A DNA stretch of 64,000 nucleotides, taken from Octopus bimaculoides (lineage: Eukaryota). The first letter of the stretch is position 1. Each line of letters starts with the position of its first letter. A program made the position numbers and the translations under genes. Below, piece by piece: positions 25,778 through 38,700 of this stretch. The stretch spans positions 163,863,968 to 163,927,967 of the forward strand of contig NC_068983.1 in the NCBI RefSeq assembly GCF_001194135.2, in the 5' to 3' direction. The notes under the pieces were generated by a model, which saw only the letters and a program-made list of their open reading frames with translations, made no database searches and was not told the origin of the DNA.

Positions 25778-26090
25778 CATCATCTTTGTCATTGCTTAAC
25801 GTCTGCTTTCCATGCTAGCATGGGTTGGACGATATGACTGAGGACTGGCGACACCAGATGGCTACACCAGATGGCTACACCAGACTCCAATCTGATCTGG
25901 CAGAGTTTCTACAGCTCAATGCCATTCCTAATGCCAACCATTCCAAGAGTGTAGTGGGTGCTTTTTATGTGTCACCAGCATGAGGGCCGGTTAGGTGGTA
26001 CTGGCATCAACCATGCTTGAATGGTGCTTTTTACATGCCACCGGTACGGGAGCCAGTCAGGTGGCACTGGGAACAACCATGCTCAAATGG
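25778..26090 (-). mobile_element. Family D repeat
   Basis: tttccatgctagcatgggttggac; internal units. Confidence 0.8.
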
Positions 26091-26243
26091 TTTATGTCTG
26101 ATGAATATGTTCGAGATATTTTTCAACATATGAAACTATCACTAGCACTTATAGACATGTATTGTATCCTTTATATAAATAATATTCATCTCTCACCAGA
26201 TGGAATACTTCTTTGTGTTGAATTTTTTATCATGGAACAGTAC

Positions 26244-26337
<94 letters not shown>

Positions 26338-26471
26338 CAGAGTGTGCTTCTTTTGTGGATATATGAGCTATAGAAGATATATATATTATTTACAGATAAA
26401 TTCCTCTATTTATATAATATCGAGGTCTTTCCTTCTTTTGTTGTCTTACCTTTTCTATCAAGAAGATATAT

Positions 26472-26629
26472 ATATATATAATTGTTAAAGAGGACAACAA
26501 ACATTAAGACAAGGCAAACATCTCAAGTTGTATATAATATTACTGAAAAAAAATTAATAATAACATTGTATATGACTTTAGATGTTTGCCTTGCCTTCAC
26601 GTTTGTTGTCCTCTTTAACAATTATATAT
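26472..26629. repeat. Inverted repeat (~55-60 bp arms)
   Basis: tataattgttaaagaggacaacaaac..ggcaaacatc versus gatgtttgcc..gtttgttgtcctctttaacaattata. Confidence 0.85.
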
Positions 26630-27056
26630 CTGCTGCATCGGAAATCTGTAATGGCTCCATAACTACCAAGTCAGCTATAACCTTGGAGCCCTAGTAATCC
26701 ATTACAGCACATACTTAGCATACCTAATCATTTAGATTACCTGTGAACGAAACCCCCATACTTTGTGTATATATATATGTTTGTTAAAATAGGCATGTAG
26801 TGAAATATATGAATATGAATCTGCACACATTTTGTAGGCCAATGCCCTCTTCCTGTTACTGATCATTAATCTGCTTTTTAGCTGGAGAATTTTGTTTTTA
26901 TTTTACATATTTGAGAGCTCAAACAGTTTGTTGATTGGAGAAATGACATCAGTGTGACTGGCAGTATTTGGAGAAGAATAGAAATGAACAAGCACACAGA
27001 TGCAGAAATGCACATGTACACACAGAGAAAAGTGTATGCATACACATCCACATTTG

Positions 27057-27093
<37 letters not shown>

Positions 27094-27095
<2 letters not shown>

Positions 27096-27370
27096 GGCTG
27101 CCTGACTGGCACCTGTGCCAGTAGCACATAAAATGCACTATTTGAGCATGGCCGATGCCAGCACTAGGGAGACATAAAAAACACCCACTACACTCTCAGA
27201 GTGGATGACATTAGGAAGGGCATCCAGCTGTAGAAACCTTGCCAAATTAGATTGGAGCCTGGTGCAGCCTCCTGGCTTGCCAGTCCTCAGTCAAACCATC
27301 CAACCCATGCCAGCATGGAAAGCAGGCGTTAAACAATGATGATGATAATGATGATGATGATGATGATGAT
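27094..27370 (+). mobile_element. Family D repeat
   Basis: taggaagggcatccagctgtagaaac..(GAT)n. Confidence 0.8.
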
Positions 27371-27374
27371 ATAT

Positions 27375-27637
27375 CATGTGGTCATAGTCTCAACCAGACT
27401 ATTAGATATTGTTATACCTCGCTGGTCACAATGCATTTTGCTTTCAAAGGATACCACCACACTTGCTAAGCAAGCAACCCAACAATCCCTTTGATCATAA
27501 GGTTACTCCACGACAGGATGATCCAGAGTAACATGAAGTGCTTTGCTCAAGAACACAACCTACTGCTCAGTTGAGAAATCACACCCTTGATCCAATGGTT
27601 GTGAATGTAGCACCCAAACCAATAAGCCATGCACCTT
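27375..27637 (-). mobile_element. SINE with an E-type head
   Basis: gtgctttgctcaagaacacaac..accaataagccatgcacct. Confidence 0.55.
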
Positions 27638-27639
27638 CA

Positions 27640-27687
<48 letters not shown>

Positions 27688-27715
27688 ATATATATATATT
27701 GGTAGTTGTAGTGTG

Positions 27716-27890
27716 TGTAAGGTACTGTGTGTGGAAAGCTCATTTTGTAAGTCCCCAGCTGGTACTTGGTCTCACTGCTTAGACACTGTTGGCCGATGGT
27801 GTTTTCACTATAGCTGCACCTTGACCAATGCCTTGAGATTGTCATTAATGGACTGGAAACTGAAGAATCCCATTGTATATCATTCTCTGT
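27716..27890 (+). mobile_element. SINE family B, degenerate
   Basis: gtagtgtgtgtaagg..gaaactgaagaatccc. Confidence 0.4.
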
Positions 27891-28084
27891 GAGAGTTGGC
27901 AATGTGGTGGGGATTGTTTGAAATGCCTTGTATTTAGTATTTGGTTACATTCTTTTGTCATCAGTTTTCATGTTTGGTCTTTGCAGATTCCAGGTTTTAT
28001 ACTACAACATGCACCAGTAACATAATGACACTTTAATCAATTTTATATGGGATGAATGGGAAAAAAAACTTTCATTATTTCTTA

Positions 28085-28132
28085 TTATCATCGTCGTCGT
28101 CATCATCATCGTCATCGTCATCATCATCGTCC

Positions 28133-28164
<32 letters not shown>

Positions 28165-28195
28165 GTCATAGTCGTTGTCATAGTTGTTGTCACCT
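28085..28195. repeat. (CAT/CGT)n microsatellite
   Basis: Directly visible. Confidence 0.9.
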
Positions 28196-28261
28196 CCTGC
28201 ATGGAACTCCTTGTGGAAGACTTTCAATGGCTGGATGTCTTTTCTGTCATCATATCAAATA

Positions 28262-28480
28262 TTGGTTGGTTTCGAATTTTGGCACAAGGTCAGCAATTTC
28301 AGGGGAGGGATGGAGTAGGTCGATTACATCGACCCCAGTACTCAACTGGTACTTATTGACACCGAAATGATGAAAGGCAAAGTCATCCCTGGTGGCATTT
28401 GAACTCAAAACGTAAAAGCAGACGAAATGCAGCTAAGCATTTATCTCGTGTGCTAGGGATTCCACCAGCACATTGCTTTG
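28262..28480 (-). mobile_element. SINE family A
   Basis: gatgaaaggcaaagtc..atttgaactca. Confidence 0.75.
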
Positions 28481-29451
28481 GATGCCAAATTGATATCAAA
28501 GCAAGGAGCCAAGATGGTAAAATAACACCCCCAGAGAATTCATTCTCCAAAGTTCAAATCGAACGAACTTAGTCTTTTTTTCTACTGATAGCCATTAAAA
28601 TAAACGGCAGCCAAAATACATTAACTTGGGTCAATTGAATGTACCTGAGTCCTTTTTATCAAAGAGAAAAAAATTTTGTTCTTCGACAATTCCTTTCTGA
28701 TTTTAAAACCCAATTAGTATCCATTACTTGGATACTAATTCATTGTCAGTAACTATCAGCTAGCTTCTCTCATTTCATATCACAGCTTCAACTAATTCAC
28801 GTAACATGTCCAAAGCTAGATTAAACACAAACTCCCAAAACAAATAAATGAAGATTATACAAAAAAGACTCCCCCTCTAAAAAAAACAACCAGCTTTGCC
28901 TCATTATACATTATCAGATCTACAGGTTATGATTCAATTGCTTGATGCTATTAGTCACATGAATGGTACAAGTTTCCAAGTCTGCTTGAGGCTGGTAGGT
29001 TATCGATTCCATCCAGTGAATGGAGGAAATGCCACGGAAGTAAAAGATATCCAGACACAGAACTCCACTGTGCAGCAATGTTTATTGTTTTGTTTGCTTT
29101 ATTGTTTTTTACTTCTCTTATTTTCTTTTTGTTTCCTGTTAATGTCTGCACCATTATAAACCTTTCTTTCAAACATTGTAGAACAACTAATGTGTAAAAC
29201 CTGTTAGATCACTTATTAATTCCACTAGTCTAAAGATAAGTACTCAATTCTGGTTTTTAAATGCAATCTTTGCCAAAACTAAGAATCATCATTTTTTTTT
29301 CCTTTTAAAACAAAATTTCTTTAGTTTAAAAAATACTTATTTCATTTTCTATACCTTCTCCTTTCTATTCTTCATTTTGGAGGAACCTCAGATATAACTG
29401 GCCTAAACAAATACTGAATATCATTATTATTACTATTATTATTATTCTTTT

Positions 29452-29832
29452 CTTTTATTCTTTTACTTGTCTCAAGCATTTGACAGCAGCCATGCTGGAG
29501 CACTGCCTTTTAATCGAGTAAATCGATCCCAGGACTTATTCTATCGGTCTGTTTTGCCGAACTGCTAAGTTACGAGGACGTAAACACACCAGCATTGGTT
29601 GTCAAGCAATGTTGGGGGGACAAACACAGACACACAAACATACACACACACACACACACATATATATACGACAGGCTTCTTTCAGTTTCCATCTACCAAA
29701 TCCACTCACCAGGTTTTGGTCAGCTCAAGGCTATAGTAGAAGACACTTGCCCAAGGTGCCACATAGTGGGACTGAATCTGGAACCAATGTGGTTGGTAAG
29801 CAAGCTACTTACCACACAACCACTCCTGCACC
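29452..29832 (-). mobile_element. SINE family B, full length
   Basis: Tail, (CA)n and head ending accactcctgcacc. Confidence 0.9.
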
Positions 29833-29872
<40 letters not shown>

Positions 29873-30619
29873 NNNNNNNNNNNNNNNNNNNNNNNNNNNN
29901 NNNNNNNNNNNNNNNNNNNNNNNNNNNNNNNNNNNNNNNNNNNNNNNNNNNNNNNNNNNNNNNNNNNNNNNNNNNNNNNNNNNNNNNNNNNNNNNNNNNN
30001 NNNNNNNNNNNNNNNNNNNNNNNNNNNNNNNNNNNNNNNNNNNNNNNNNNNNNNNNNNNNNNNNNNNNNNNNNNNNNNNNNNNNNNNNNNNNNNNNNNNN
30101 NNNNNNNNNNNNNNNNNNNNNNNNNNNNNNNNNNNNNNNNNNNNNNNNNNNNNNNNNNNNNNNNNNNNNNNNNNNNNNNNNNNNNNNNNNNNNNNNNNNN
30201 NNNNNNNNNNNNNNNNNNNNNNNNNNNNNNNNNNNNNNNNNNNNNNNNNNNNNNNNNNNNNNNNNNNNNNNNNNNNNNNNNNNNNNNNNNNNNNNNNNNN
30301 NNNNNNNNNNNNNNNNNNNNNNNNNNNNNNNNNNNNNNNNNNNNNNNNNNNNNNNNNNNNNNNNNNNNNNNNNNNNNNNNNNNNNNNNNNNNNNNNNNNN
30401 NNNNNNNNNNNNNNNNNNNNNNNNNNNNNNNNNNNNNNNNNNNNNNNNNNNNNNNNNNNNNNNNNNNNNNNNNNNNNNNNNNNNNNNNNNNNNNNNNNNN
30501 NNNNNNNNNNNNNNNNNNNNNNNNNNNNNNNNNNNNNNNNNNNNNNNNNNNNNNNNNNNNNNNNNNNNNNNNNNNNNNNNNNNNNNNNNNNNNNNNNNNN
30601 NNNNNNNNNNNNNNNNNNN

Positions 30620-30940
30620 GTGGTGTTGGTGGCAGTGGTGGTGTTGGTGGCAGTGGTGGTGTTGGTAGCAGAGATAGTGCTGGTAGCAGTGGTGGTGTTG
30701 GTGGCAGTGGTGGTGTTGGTGGCAGTGGTGGTGTTGGTGGCAGAGATAGTGCTGGTGGCAGTAGTAGTGGTGGTGGTGATGGTGTTGCTGCAATTGTTGA
30801 AGTTGTTGGTGGTGTTGCTGCTGTTGTTGGAGATGAAGATGGTGGTGTTGGTGGTGTTGGTGGTAGTGTTAGTGTTGTTGGCAGAGATAATGGTGGTGGC
30901 AGTGGTCATGTTGGTGGAAGAGGTGGTGTCGATGGTGGTG
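30620..30940. repeat. GT-rich minisatellite (~18-bp gtggtggtgttggtggca units) next to a gap
   Basis: Directly visible. Confidence 0.85.
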
Positions 30941-31284
30941 ATGAAATATCTTGCATCATTTCTCGTGTTTTCGTTAGTGAAAGCTTCCTTTCAGAGCTAC
31001 TTTATACTTTCTCACAAAATATGTACGAAGAGTCTGTTAATCCAAGTTTGCACAATAATATACCAATCCAATATAAAATGCAGTTTTTATTCTACTTTTC
31101 AAAATCCTAAAAGCTTAGAGGTATATCTATAACTTGTGCCATTGAATCCCATATTTTCAAGGCCTTGATGGTTTGTACTTTTTATCTCATTTGAAACGCT
31201 GAGGGGAGATTAACTAATTCTTCATTTAAAGAATGTTAAACAGAGCTAATCAATACCAACAAGCAGGTTGTATATGTCGGTCAT

Positions 31285-31445
31285 TAAATATTGATTTCAA
31301 GGCCAGCAAGTTTGGGGTGAGGCTGAGTTGGTTACATTGACCCCAAGGCATAACTGGTATCTATTTTATTGACCCTGAAAGGATGACAAGCAAAGTCAAC
31401 CGCAGTGGAATTTGAACTCAGAATATGAAAACAAATGAAATGCTA
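31285..31445 (-). mobile_element. SINE family A, degenerate
   Basis: ggatgacaagcaaagtcaac..atttgaactcag. Confidence 0.65.
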
Positions 31446-31510
31446 GAAATAATACGTTTCTAAATCTCTGAGAGAGGTTTATGCAGTAGTCATGCGATAA
31501 AGTAGTTGTA

Positions 31511-31764
31511 TGCTGTCAATTTAATGTGACAGTCCCATGAAAGGGAAGAATGCTACTGTTATTTAACCCTAGGAAACACCGTTTCCTGTTAGACTTAACA
31601 CATTTCCTGTGTCCTTATGTTTGCTGAGTGGAGGTGCTTGTCTCCACTTTGAAAACAAAAGGACACGGGAAATGTGTCAAGTCCAACAGGAAACGGTGTT
31701 TCCTAGGGTTAAATAACAGTAGCATTATTCCCTTTCCTGGGACTGTCACATTAAGTTGACAACA
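31511..31764. mobile_element. Fold-back MITE (~112-bp inverted arms, TA flanks)
   Basis: Arms 31510-31622 and 31653-31765 differ at about 8 positions; inner agtggag/ctccact hairpin. Confidence 0.75.
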
Positions 31765-34700
31765 TAACATCACTTTAAATGAAATGCAGAGCATTTTGCC
31801 TGACATGCTTCTGCCAGTTTCTTGGCCTTTTCATTAAATGATTGATTGCTGTACAATACGCTTCATATTTGTTTATTTGACAATCGCAACTTAACTCTTG
31901 CATATCTTTAACAGAATATATTCTGTTATAACCATTCAGACCATGTCTCAAACTCCCGCCCCACCACCACCACTCTTCCTCTCTTGGAGACCCTAAAAAT
32001 GTCTCAGAAACTGGTATTACTTGAATGAGTAGCATATCTTAACGCATAACCCTATTTTCTGCTAAATCTACAACTCTTTTATGGTTCTTTGCAAGAGACA
32101 TTTTCCCATCATTTATACCATTAATGTCAGTGCCAAAGTTATGCTTTCAGTTATTAATGCTTCATAATTTTCTTTTTACATAATATGAAACATAATGCTT
32201 ATGTAAGAAAGGAACAATGATCACTTTTATAATCTTAGTTTGGAAGTGAATGATCCTGTATCTGTCTTTTTATTTATTTATCTAGTTATTTATCTGTGTA
32301 TATTTTCTATTTTTTCTAGGTGAGTAAATTGCAGCTTAAAATTCTTATCAAAGCTATTTTCCATCATATCTGAAATAAATGTGACAGGTAACGTAATAGC
32401 AAAACTCTTCTTTTTCTCATAATAAAATCTATGAAAATATTTAAGATGGAAAAATAATCCCAGATGAAAAAAAAAAAAAAAATTGTTAATTATCTGCAAA
32501 AGGCAAAAAAGCCTTTATTTCCCAAGCTTTCATTAATATTTTAACATCTACGAAATGCATTTTCCAAAATGGAGAAAATTCTTTACTCTCAGACGCTGAT
32601 TCTGTATTGAGAGCTGTATGACAGTTATCAATAAGAATTTGAATTAATCATTGGAAGAAAAAATTCTGAAATCTGTTGCTAAATTGATTTCTCAATGATG
32701 GACACAGTTTCTAAGTTGTGACATTCAACAGATTTCTGTCAAAAGTTAGAATATTTGCCTCATAGGAAACAGCGATGGCACTGAAAATCTAACTCAAAAC
32801 TTACATAATGTTACACTTTTAGGATGATTAATGTTAAATAGTTTATTGTGAAACATTAAAAATTACTCAAGCTTTTCCAAGTCTTACATGTAAGTGTATT
32901 TCACATTAAGGTGCTGCTCCAACATGGGCTGAACTGTGTTGGTTAAACCAAACTAAATAACACAGTTTTTAAAAATTGCTAACATACATTGCTTCATTAA
33001 ACTGAAGACTTCATAAGATAAGTCTATTCAGGTCTATTTCTTGTAATTCCAACTGAATGCTTTGACGTTTGTTATTGACATCCATGTAAATAACTTGGGG
33101 CGTACAAAGACAACAAAACACTTTGAGTAAATTTTTATTATTTATTATTGACAAAATGTTAATTCTTAACAGCATTTCTTCAACTATTTCACTTCTACCA
33201 ATTTATAAATGTTTTTTAAAAATGTAACGAACATATATATACTGATGTAATATTTAGAAATTATTAAAAATATATTAAACAAATTTCAAATAAATTTATA
33301 AATGAATAATTTACAAAAACTAGTTTTAGAAAAATGGTCCCCAAAATCAACTCTCATGATAAGGATAGAGAATCTTATTCGTGCAGGATATCTTAATTTT
33401 CTTTGGATTTATTATGAGGAAATTTCTTTTCAATAATAACATGGCATGCATTTTAATAATATACAGCTTGCAACTTGCACAGGATGCAATACTGTAAACC
33501 ATACATTGAAACAGTGGGGTGGGGGGAATATGCGAAAGGTTACTAGTTGGAACTAAAGTATGGTGTGTTTAGAATGCTGGGCATTAATGTTGTTGATAAA
33601 TATTTTAATGGAAATCATTTCAGCATAATTCAGGAAATGAGGTACTTAAGAGAACCTTGATAAAATAAAAATACCAATCCATAAACATGGAAAGCGAAAA
33701 TTCCAGATCAAAAACTCCATTAAACAGCACTTAATTAGCCAAATTTCTATGAAGGAAAGCATCTAAAATTATGGCAATTACAATGGAATTTGACAGTGTG
33801 TTGGTGAGGATCACAGAATATATAACAGGATCCATACAAACTGAGACCACTTACCAATTCCCTTCTGATGCCATTTCACTTAGAATATTAGCTTCTCTTG
33901 CATTGGAAAAAGTGAAACATTTCTTTTCAAAGGAAATAGTTATTTTTGGTTTCATGGTGTTGCTTGAATAAAAGCAATCTTTGGGATATTACATCAGGCT
34001 ATTATGGTTGGAAAATATATTGGATCTGTTGCCTATTCCTGCTTGCCTTTCAAAGACAAACCTTGTATTGAGATGTCTGGTTATTCTTCATGCAGTAAAA
34101 AAATCCTTTAGTGATCTTATATTTCTTCAGAACAACTAGGTTAACTGCGGTAGATGGAATATGATGTTTACACAGCATTAAGACTTACCAAAACATAAAT
34201 ATAGTGTCTGTGAGTGTGTGTGTGTGACAGCTTACAAAATAGTCCTATAGACACATTCATTTGACTTATGTAGTAATGTCTTTGGAAATGAATGAACTTC
34301 ACATCTTTATCGCACTCTTTATGCTGCAGAAAAGCAAACTCTTAGCACCTAATCAAAATAAAAATAATATTCTTACAACACGGTAATTGCTGTAGTGAAG
34401 AAATCTTGCTTGATTCTTGTTCTCAGGCATTTAACTTGGCATCAAACAATATCATTTACTCTTAACTTCCATAAATATGAAACTGCATAATTGTATAAGA
34501 AATTCATATTTCTGCATTGAATAGATAGGAGAGGTGCATAAGTGCACTGATATTCGAAATGTATCATGGGAAGCTCTCTAAAGATTTGCTGCAAAGATAA
34601 AATATACAAAGAAGAAATAGAGTAGCATATGTTTCCCTTTGTTCTTTTGTTTTTGTTTTTTGGGGTTTCTTTTCTTCTTATTTTTGTAATTTAACAAATT

Positions 34701-34767
34701 GAGTAAGAGGATCTGAAAGTCTGTAAATAAATTATTCACATATGCACACATTCACAAACACCAGGCT

Positions 34768-34898
<131 letters not shown>

Positions 34899-35133
34899 TT
34901 CAGCTAACGTTTTATAAAAGCAAGAATTTTACAATTTCTTAAATGAGGAAAAAAAAGTTGAAAAATGAAAGAAAGATAATAGAAAGAAATAGAACGAAAG
35001 ACAGAGAGAAAGAATGAGAGAAAGAAAGAAGGGTGTGAAAGGCAGGAGTGAGGGGGGTAAACAGAAATATCTAAAGAAGCAAAAATAAATATAAACAAAT
35101 GAGAGAGAGGAGGAGAAAGGGAAAGAGAATACT

Positions 35134-35135
<2 letters not shown>

Positions 35136-35219
<84 letters not shown>
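35136..35219. repeat. (AG)n microsatellite
   Basis: Directly visible. Confidence 0.95.
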
Positions 35220-35223
<4 letters not shown>

Positions 35224-35865
35224 AGGAGAAAGAAAAAGAGAGAAAAGCACTCACAAAGAAACAAAAGGTAGAACAAATGATTGTTCATGAAAAGCTATTG
35301 TAGAAATGAAGTAAATGGAATGGCCATAATTTGTTGGCAGAAATGGATGGTTTAAAAGCTAGATTGTTAATCATGAAAAAATAAATAAAGCATTTTTTAA
35401 AAATTACTAGATTTTTTAAAATATCAACAGCCAAGGAACAATGAAAGAATATTTGCATTCCTAAAACAAAATTTTTTTTCTTCATTGTTTCTAAAAGCAA
35501 ATTATTTGACCATTCCAATATAATCAATAAATGATTGTAACAATGTCAAACAGATTCAATGCTAGTGCAAATTTTCATTTGGTCAAACTTGTCTGCGAGT
35601 TCTTCTCATTCTTTATTAGAATGGTTTCTTTTATCAAAACTTCCTGCTTTCTCTTAACCCTGTTTATTTGTATAATGTTTCTGGTTTTATCTGTTCATTT
35701 CTTATAACAACTTTGCTGTAAGCAGAGAAGTTTTTTGGTAAAAGCATTTATTAAAAAATGGACTGACCTTGGTAGATGCACAGATTTTCTAGTGATGCAA
35801 AAAAGTTCACTCTTAAGGGATTTGCAGTCTTATAAGGGGTCAACATTAAGTGTTTAACACCTTTT

Positions 35866-35988
35866 ATTGCCCAAAACAACTACAAGTTGTGGCAGCGCAG
35901 TCAGGTAGCAAAAATGCTACATTGGAAACTGTGCGAAAAGTGGGGGCTAGAGAGAGGCAAGATGCGGTATGAGCACAAACCGCAAAGA
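35866..35988 (+). pseudogene. Internal fragment of an R4/Dong-like retrotransposon ORF
   Basis: IAQNNYKLWQRSQVAKMLHWKLCEKWGLERGKMRYEHKP resembles the LA..EY..RHD.VA...HW.LC.K......WYEH.P segment after the CCHC knuckle. Confidence 0.65.
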
Positions 35989-36089
35989 ATGCATGATACC
36001 CTTAGGTCTAATCTATTACTAATTGACTGCCCCCCCTCCCATAACGTTTTGGGCCTTGTGCCTAAAGTAGAAAGGATTATGTCGTGCTT

Positions 36090-36317
36090 GAGAAGAAGAC
36101 CCATGAAGCTGAGTAAAATTGCTGTCATGGTAGATACTGGTGTCACTCAAATGGCACCTATGCTGGTGGCACATAAAAAGTACCCATTACACTCTTGGAG
36201 TGGTTGGTGTTAAGAAGGGCTCCAGCTGTAGAGAACAATGCCAAATCAGACTGGAGACTAGTGCAGCTCTGGTCAAACCGTCCAACCTATGCCAACATGG
36301 ACAACGAATGCTAAATC

Positions 36318-36352
<35 letters not shown>
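36090..36352 (+). mobile_element. Family D repeat with extra 5' sequence
   Basis: gtgcttgagaagaagaccc..gagtggttgg..(GAT)n. Confidence 0.7.
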
Positions 36353-36353
<1 letters not shown>

Positions 36354-37030
36354 CCTGCAACTCAGCTGTTTAAATAATTAAAATTTCTTTCTTCCCTATT
36401 ATGCCCTTCATTAACTGTGACAGCATTGATTTTGGCTGCTGTTTTTGATAAGGGAAGAATCCCTGGTTAACTTTCTTCTTCAATCATTCTGAATTAACAA
36501 CTTCAACACATTTTACAACTTCTGTTTTGTTATTTGCTTTTTCCCAATGTGAAGGTGTATTCAATTTAGTCTTTGTTTCATCTGCTGAATAAGACGAGTT
36601 TCATCCTGAAAAATGCAGTTCCTAGGCAAAAAGATGGCGCTGCTGATGAAGTGAGACTTCCATAATAACAGATCGTGTTCAAATATCATGATTTGTATTG
36701 TTTAGTGAAACTTTTCCCATTTGTTTTTATTGGAATGGTTTTTGTTGTGCAATTCTCTTCTTTTCTTCTTCCTGACTCATTCTGCAAGAAAGGAAGTTGA
36801 GGAAAATTGTGATACAATAAATTTGTCAGAGGAAATTTTCTATGAAAACGAAAAAAACACAAAGAAACGAAAACGAAACATCAATCAAAGGTGATAGCAT
36901 TGGTTGTCAGTTGAACTTCCTTGCGAAGGTTGAAAACAAACTTAATGATTCAGCCGAAACAAATTTGAATGAAATTTATAATTTCGAATGATATGTAGGT
37001 ATTTAGACAAATGAATCCATTGTTAGATTA

Positions 37031-37115
37031 AATGGAATGGAATAAGGGAATGGAATAAGGGAATGGAATAAGGGAATGGATGAAGGGAATGGAATAAGGG
37101 AATGGATGAAGGGAG
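37031..37115. repeat. 13-bp minisatellite (ggaataagggaat), about 6 copies
   Basis: Directly visible. Confidence 0.9.
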
Positions 37116-37229
37116 AGGAATAAAAAGATATTGATGATAAGTGGGGGTGGGGGGTGAGAAGAAAAATAATGTTTTGAGGCAATAAAAGCCATGTCAATGG
37201 TAACTTCTTGATCAGGTGTATTTCCACTG

Positions 37230-37540
37230 AAATACAAGTGAAATCACCTGGCTTAGTGGTAAGGGTATTCAGCTCATGGTTGTAAGGTTGTGAGTTAGAT
37301 TCCCAGTGGCACATTGTGCCCTTGAGCAAGATACTTTATTTCCTGTTTCTTCAGTCCATTCAACTGGCAAAAGTGAGTGGTTCCTGTTATTCAAACAGGT
37401 TAACTTTGTTTAATTCTGTATCATGCTGAATTACCCTGAGAACTACGTTAAGGATACACATGTCTGTGGAGAACTCAGCCACTTGCATGATAATTTCACG
37501 AGCAGGCTGTTCTATTGACTGGATCAACTGGAAACCTTGA
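37230..37540 (+). mobile_element. tRNA-derived SINE family F
   Basis: tggcttagtggtaaggg..ccttgagcaagatacttt..ctcagccacttgca; similar to 37977-38090 and 43138-43372. Confidence 0.75.
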
Positions 37541-37804
37541 AATACCATTATTCAGATACAGTTTACAAGTGGAATTAAGGTTTGATAATGAGATGAGTTT
37601 CTTTTTTCTTACAAAATGCTTAATTGTTTGTTAACAATATCCTTCCATCAATCTTTACTGGAGATTACCATTTCTCTGGTGATTCCCAGTGTCTTGATGA
37701 GTAATTAATTCCTTAAGGCCAGAAGATTGGAAAACAAAGTTCATATTCATGAGTCTTGAATTTAGAATGTATTAATGATTCTAATCAAGTATTAGATTAC
37801 AATT

Positions 37805-37975
37805 TTGACACAAGGCCAGCATTTTCAAAGAAGGAATAACCTGGTTACATTGATGCCCAGGGTTCAAATGGAACTTATTTTATCGACCCTGGAATGATGA
37901 ATGGCAAAATTGACCTTGGTAGAATTTGAACACAGAATGTAAAGATGGACAAAATGCCCTTAACCATTTTCCTTA
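37805..37975 (-). mobile_element. SINE family A, degenerate
   Basis: ttttatcgaccc..gatgaatggcaaaattgacc. Confidence 0.65.
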
Positions 37976-38267
37976 GAATACGTTAAGGGTACACGTGTCT
38001 GTGGGTTGCTCAGCCACTTGCACATTAATTTCACGAGCAGGTTGTTCCGTTGATCGGATCAACTGGAACCCTCATCGTCGGAGTGCCATCATGATGACTC
38101 CAAATAAGTTTACAAGACACTGTGCCCAATGCTTTATCGATTTTAAGGGAAATAATAATTTCAAGGGAGATAATTATTTCTAGATAAATCATGGCTGGAT
38201 TAGGAGGATTAGAAGGATTAGAAGGATTAATCAAAGGAAAGGAAGAAGATGTATAAAGTATTTGTTT

Positions 38268-38700
38268 ATTCTTCTATTCTTTTACATGTTTCAGTTATTG
38301 GACTATGGCCAGGCTGGAGTCTTAGTCATACAAATGGACCCCAATATTTATTTCTAAACCTGCTGTTTATTCTATTGGTCCCTTTTTGCTGAACCCTAAG
38401 TTATAGGATGTAAAGAAACCAGCACCATTTGTCAAGCAGTGGTGGGCACAAACGCACACACCCCTACACCCCCACACACAGATACACACACACACACACA
38501 GGTACACACACAAAGACACACACATGCATGCATGCACACATAGATGACAGGCTTCTTCCAGTTTCTGCCCTCCAAATCCACTCATAAGGCTTTGGTCTGC
38601 CAATGGCTATAATAGAAGACACTTGCCCAAGGTGGCACACAGTGGGACTAAACCCAGAACCATGTGGTTGGGAAGCAAGCTTCTTACCATATAGCCAAGA
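38268..38700 (-). mobile_element. SINE family B
   Basis: Tail, (CA)n and head. Confidence 0.8.
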
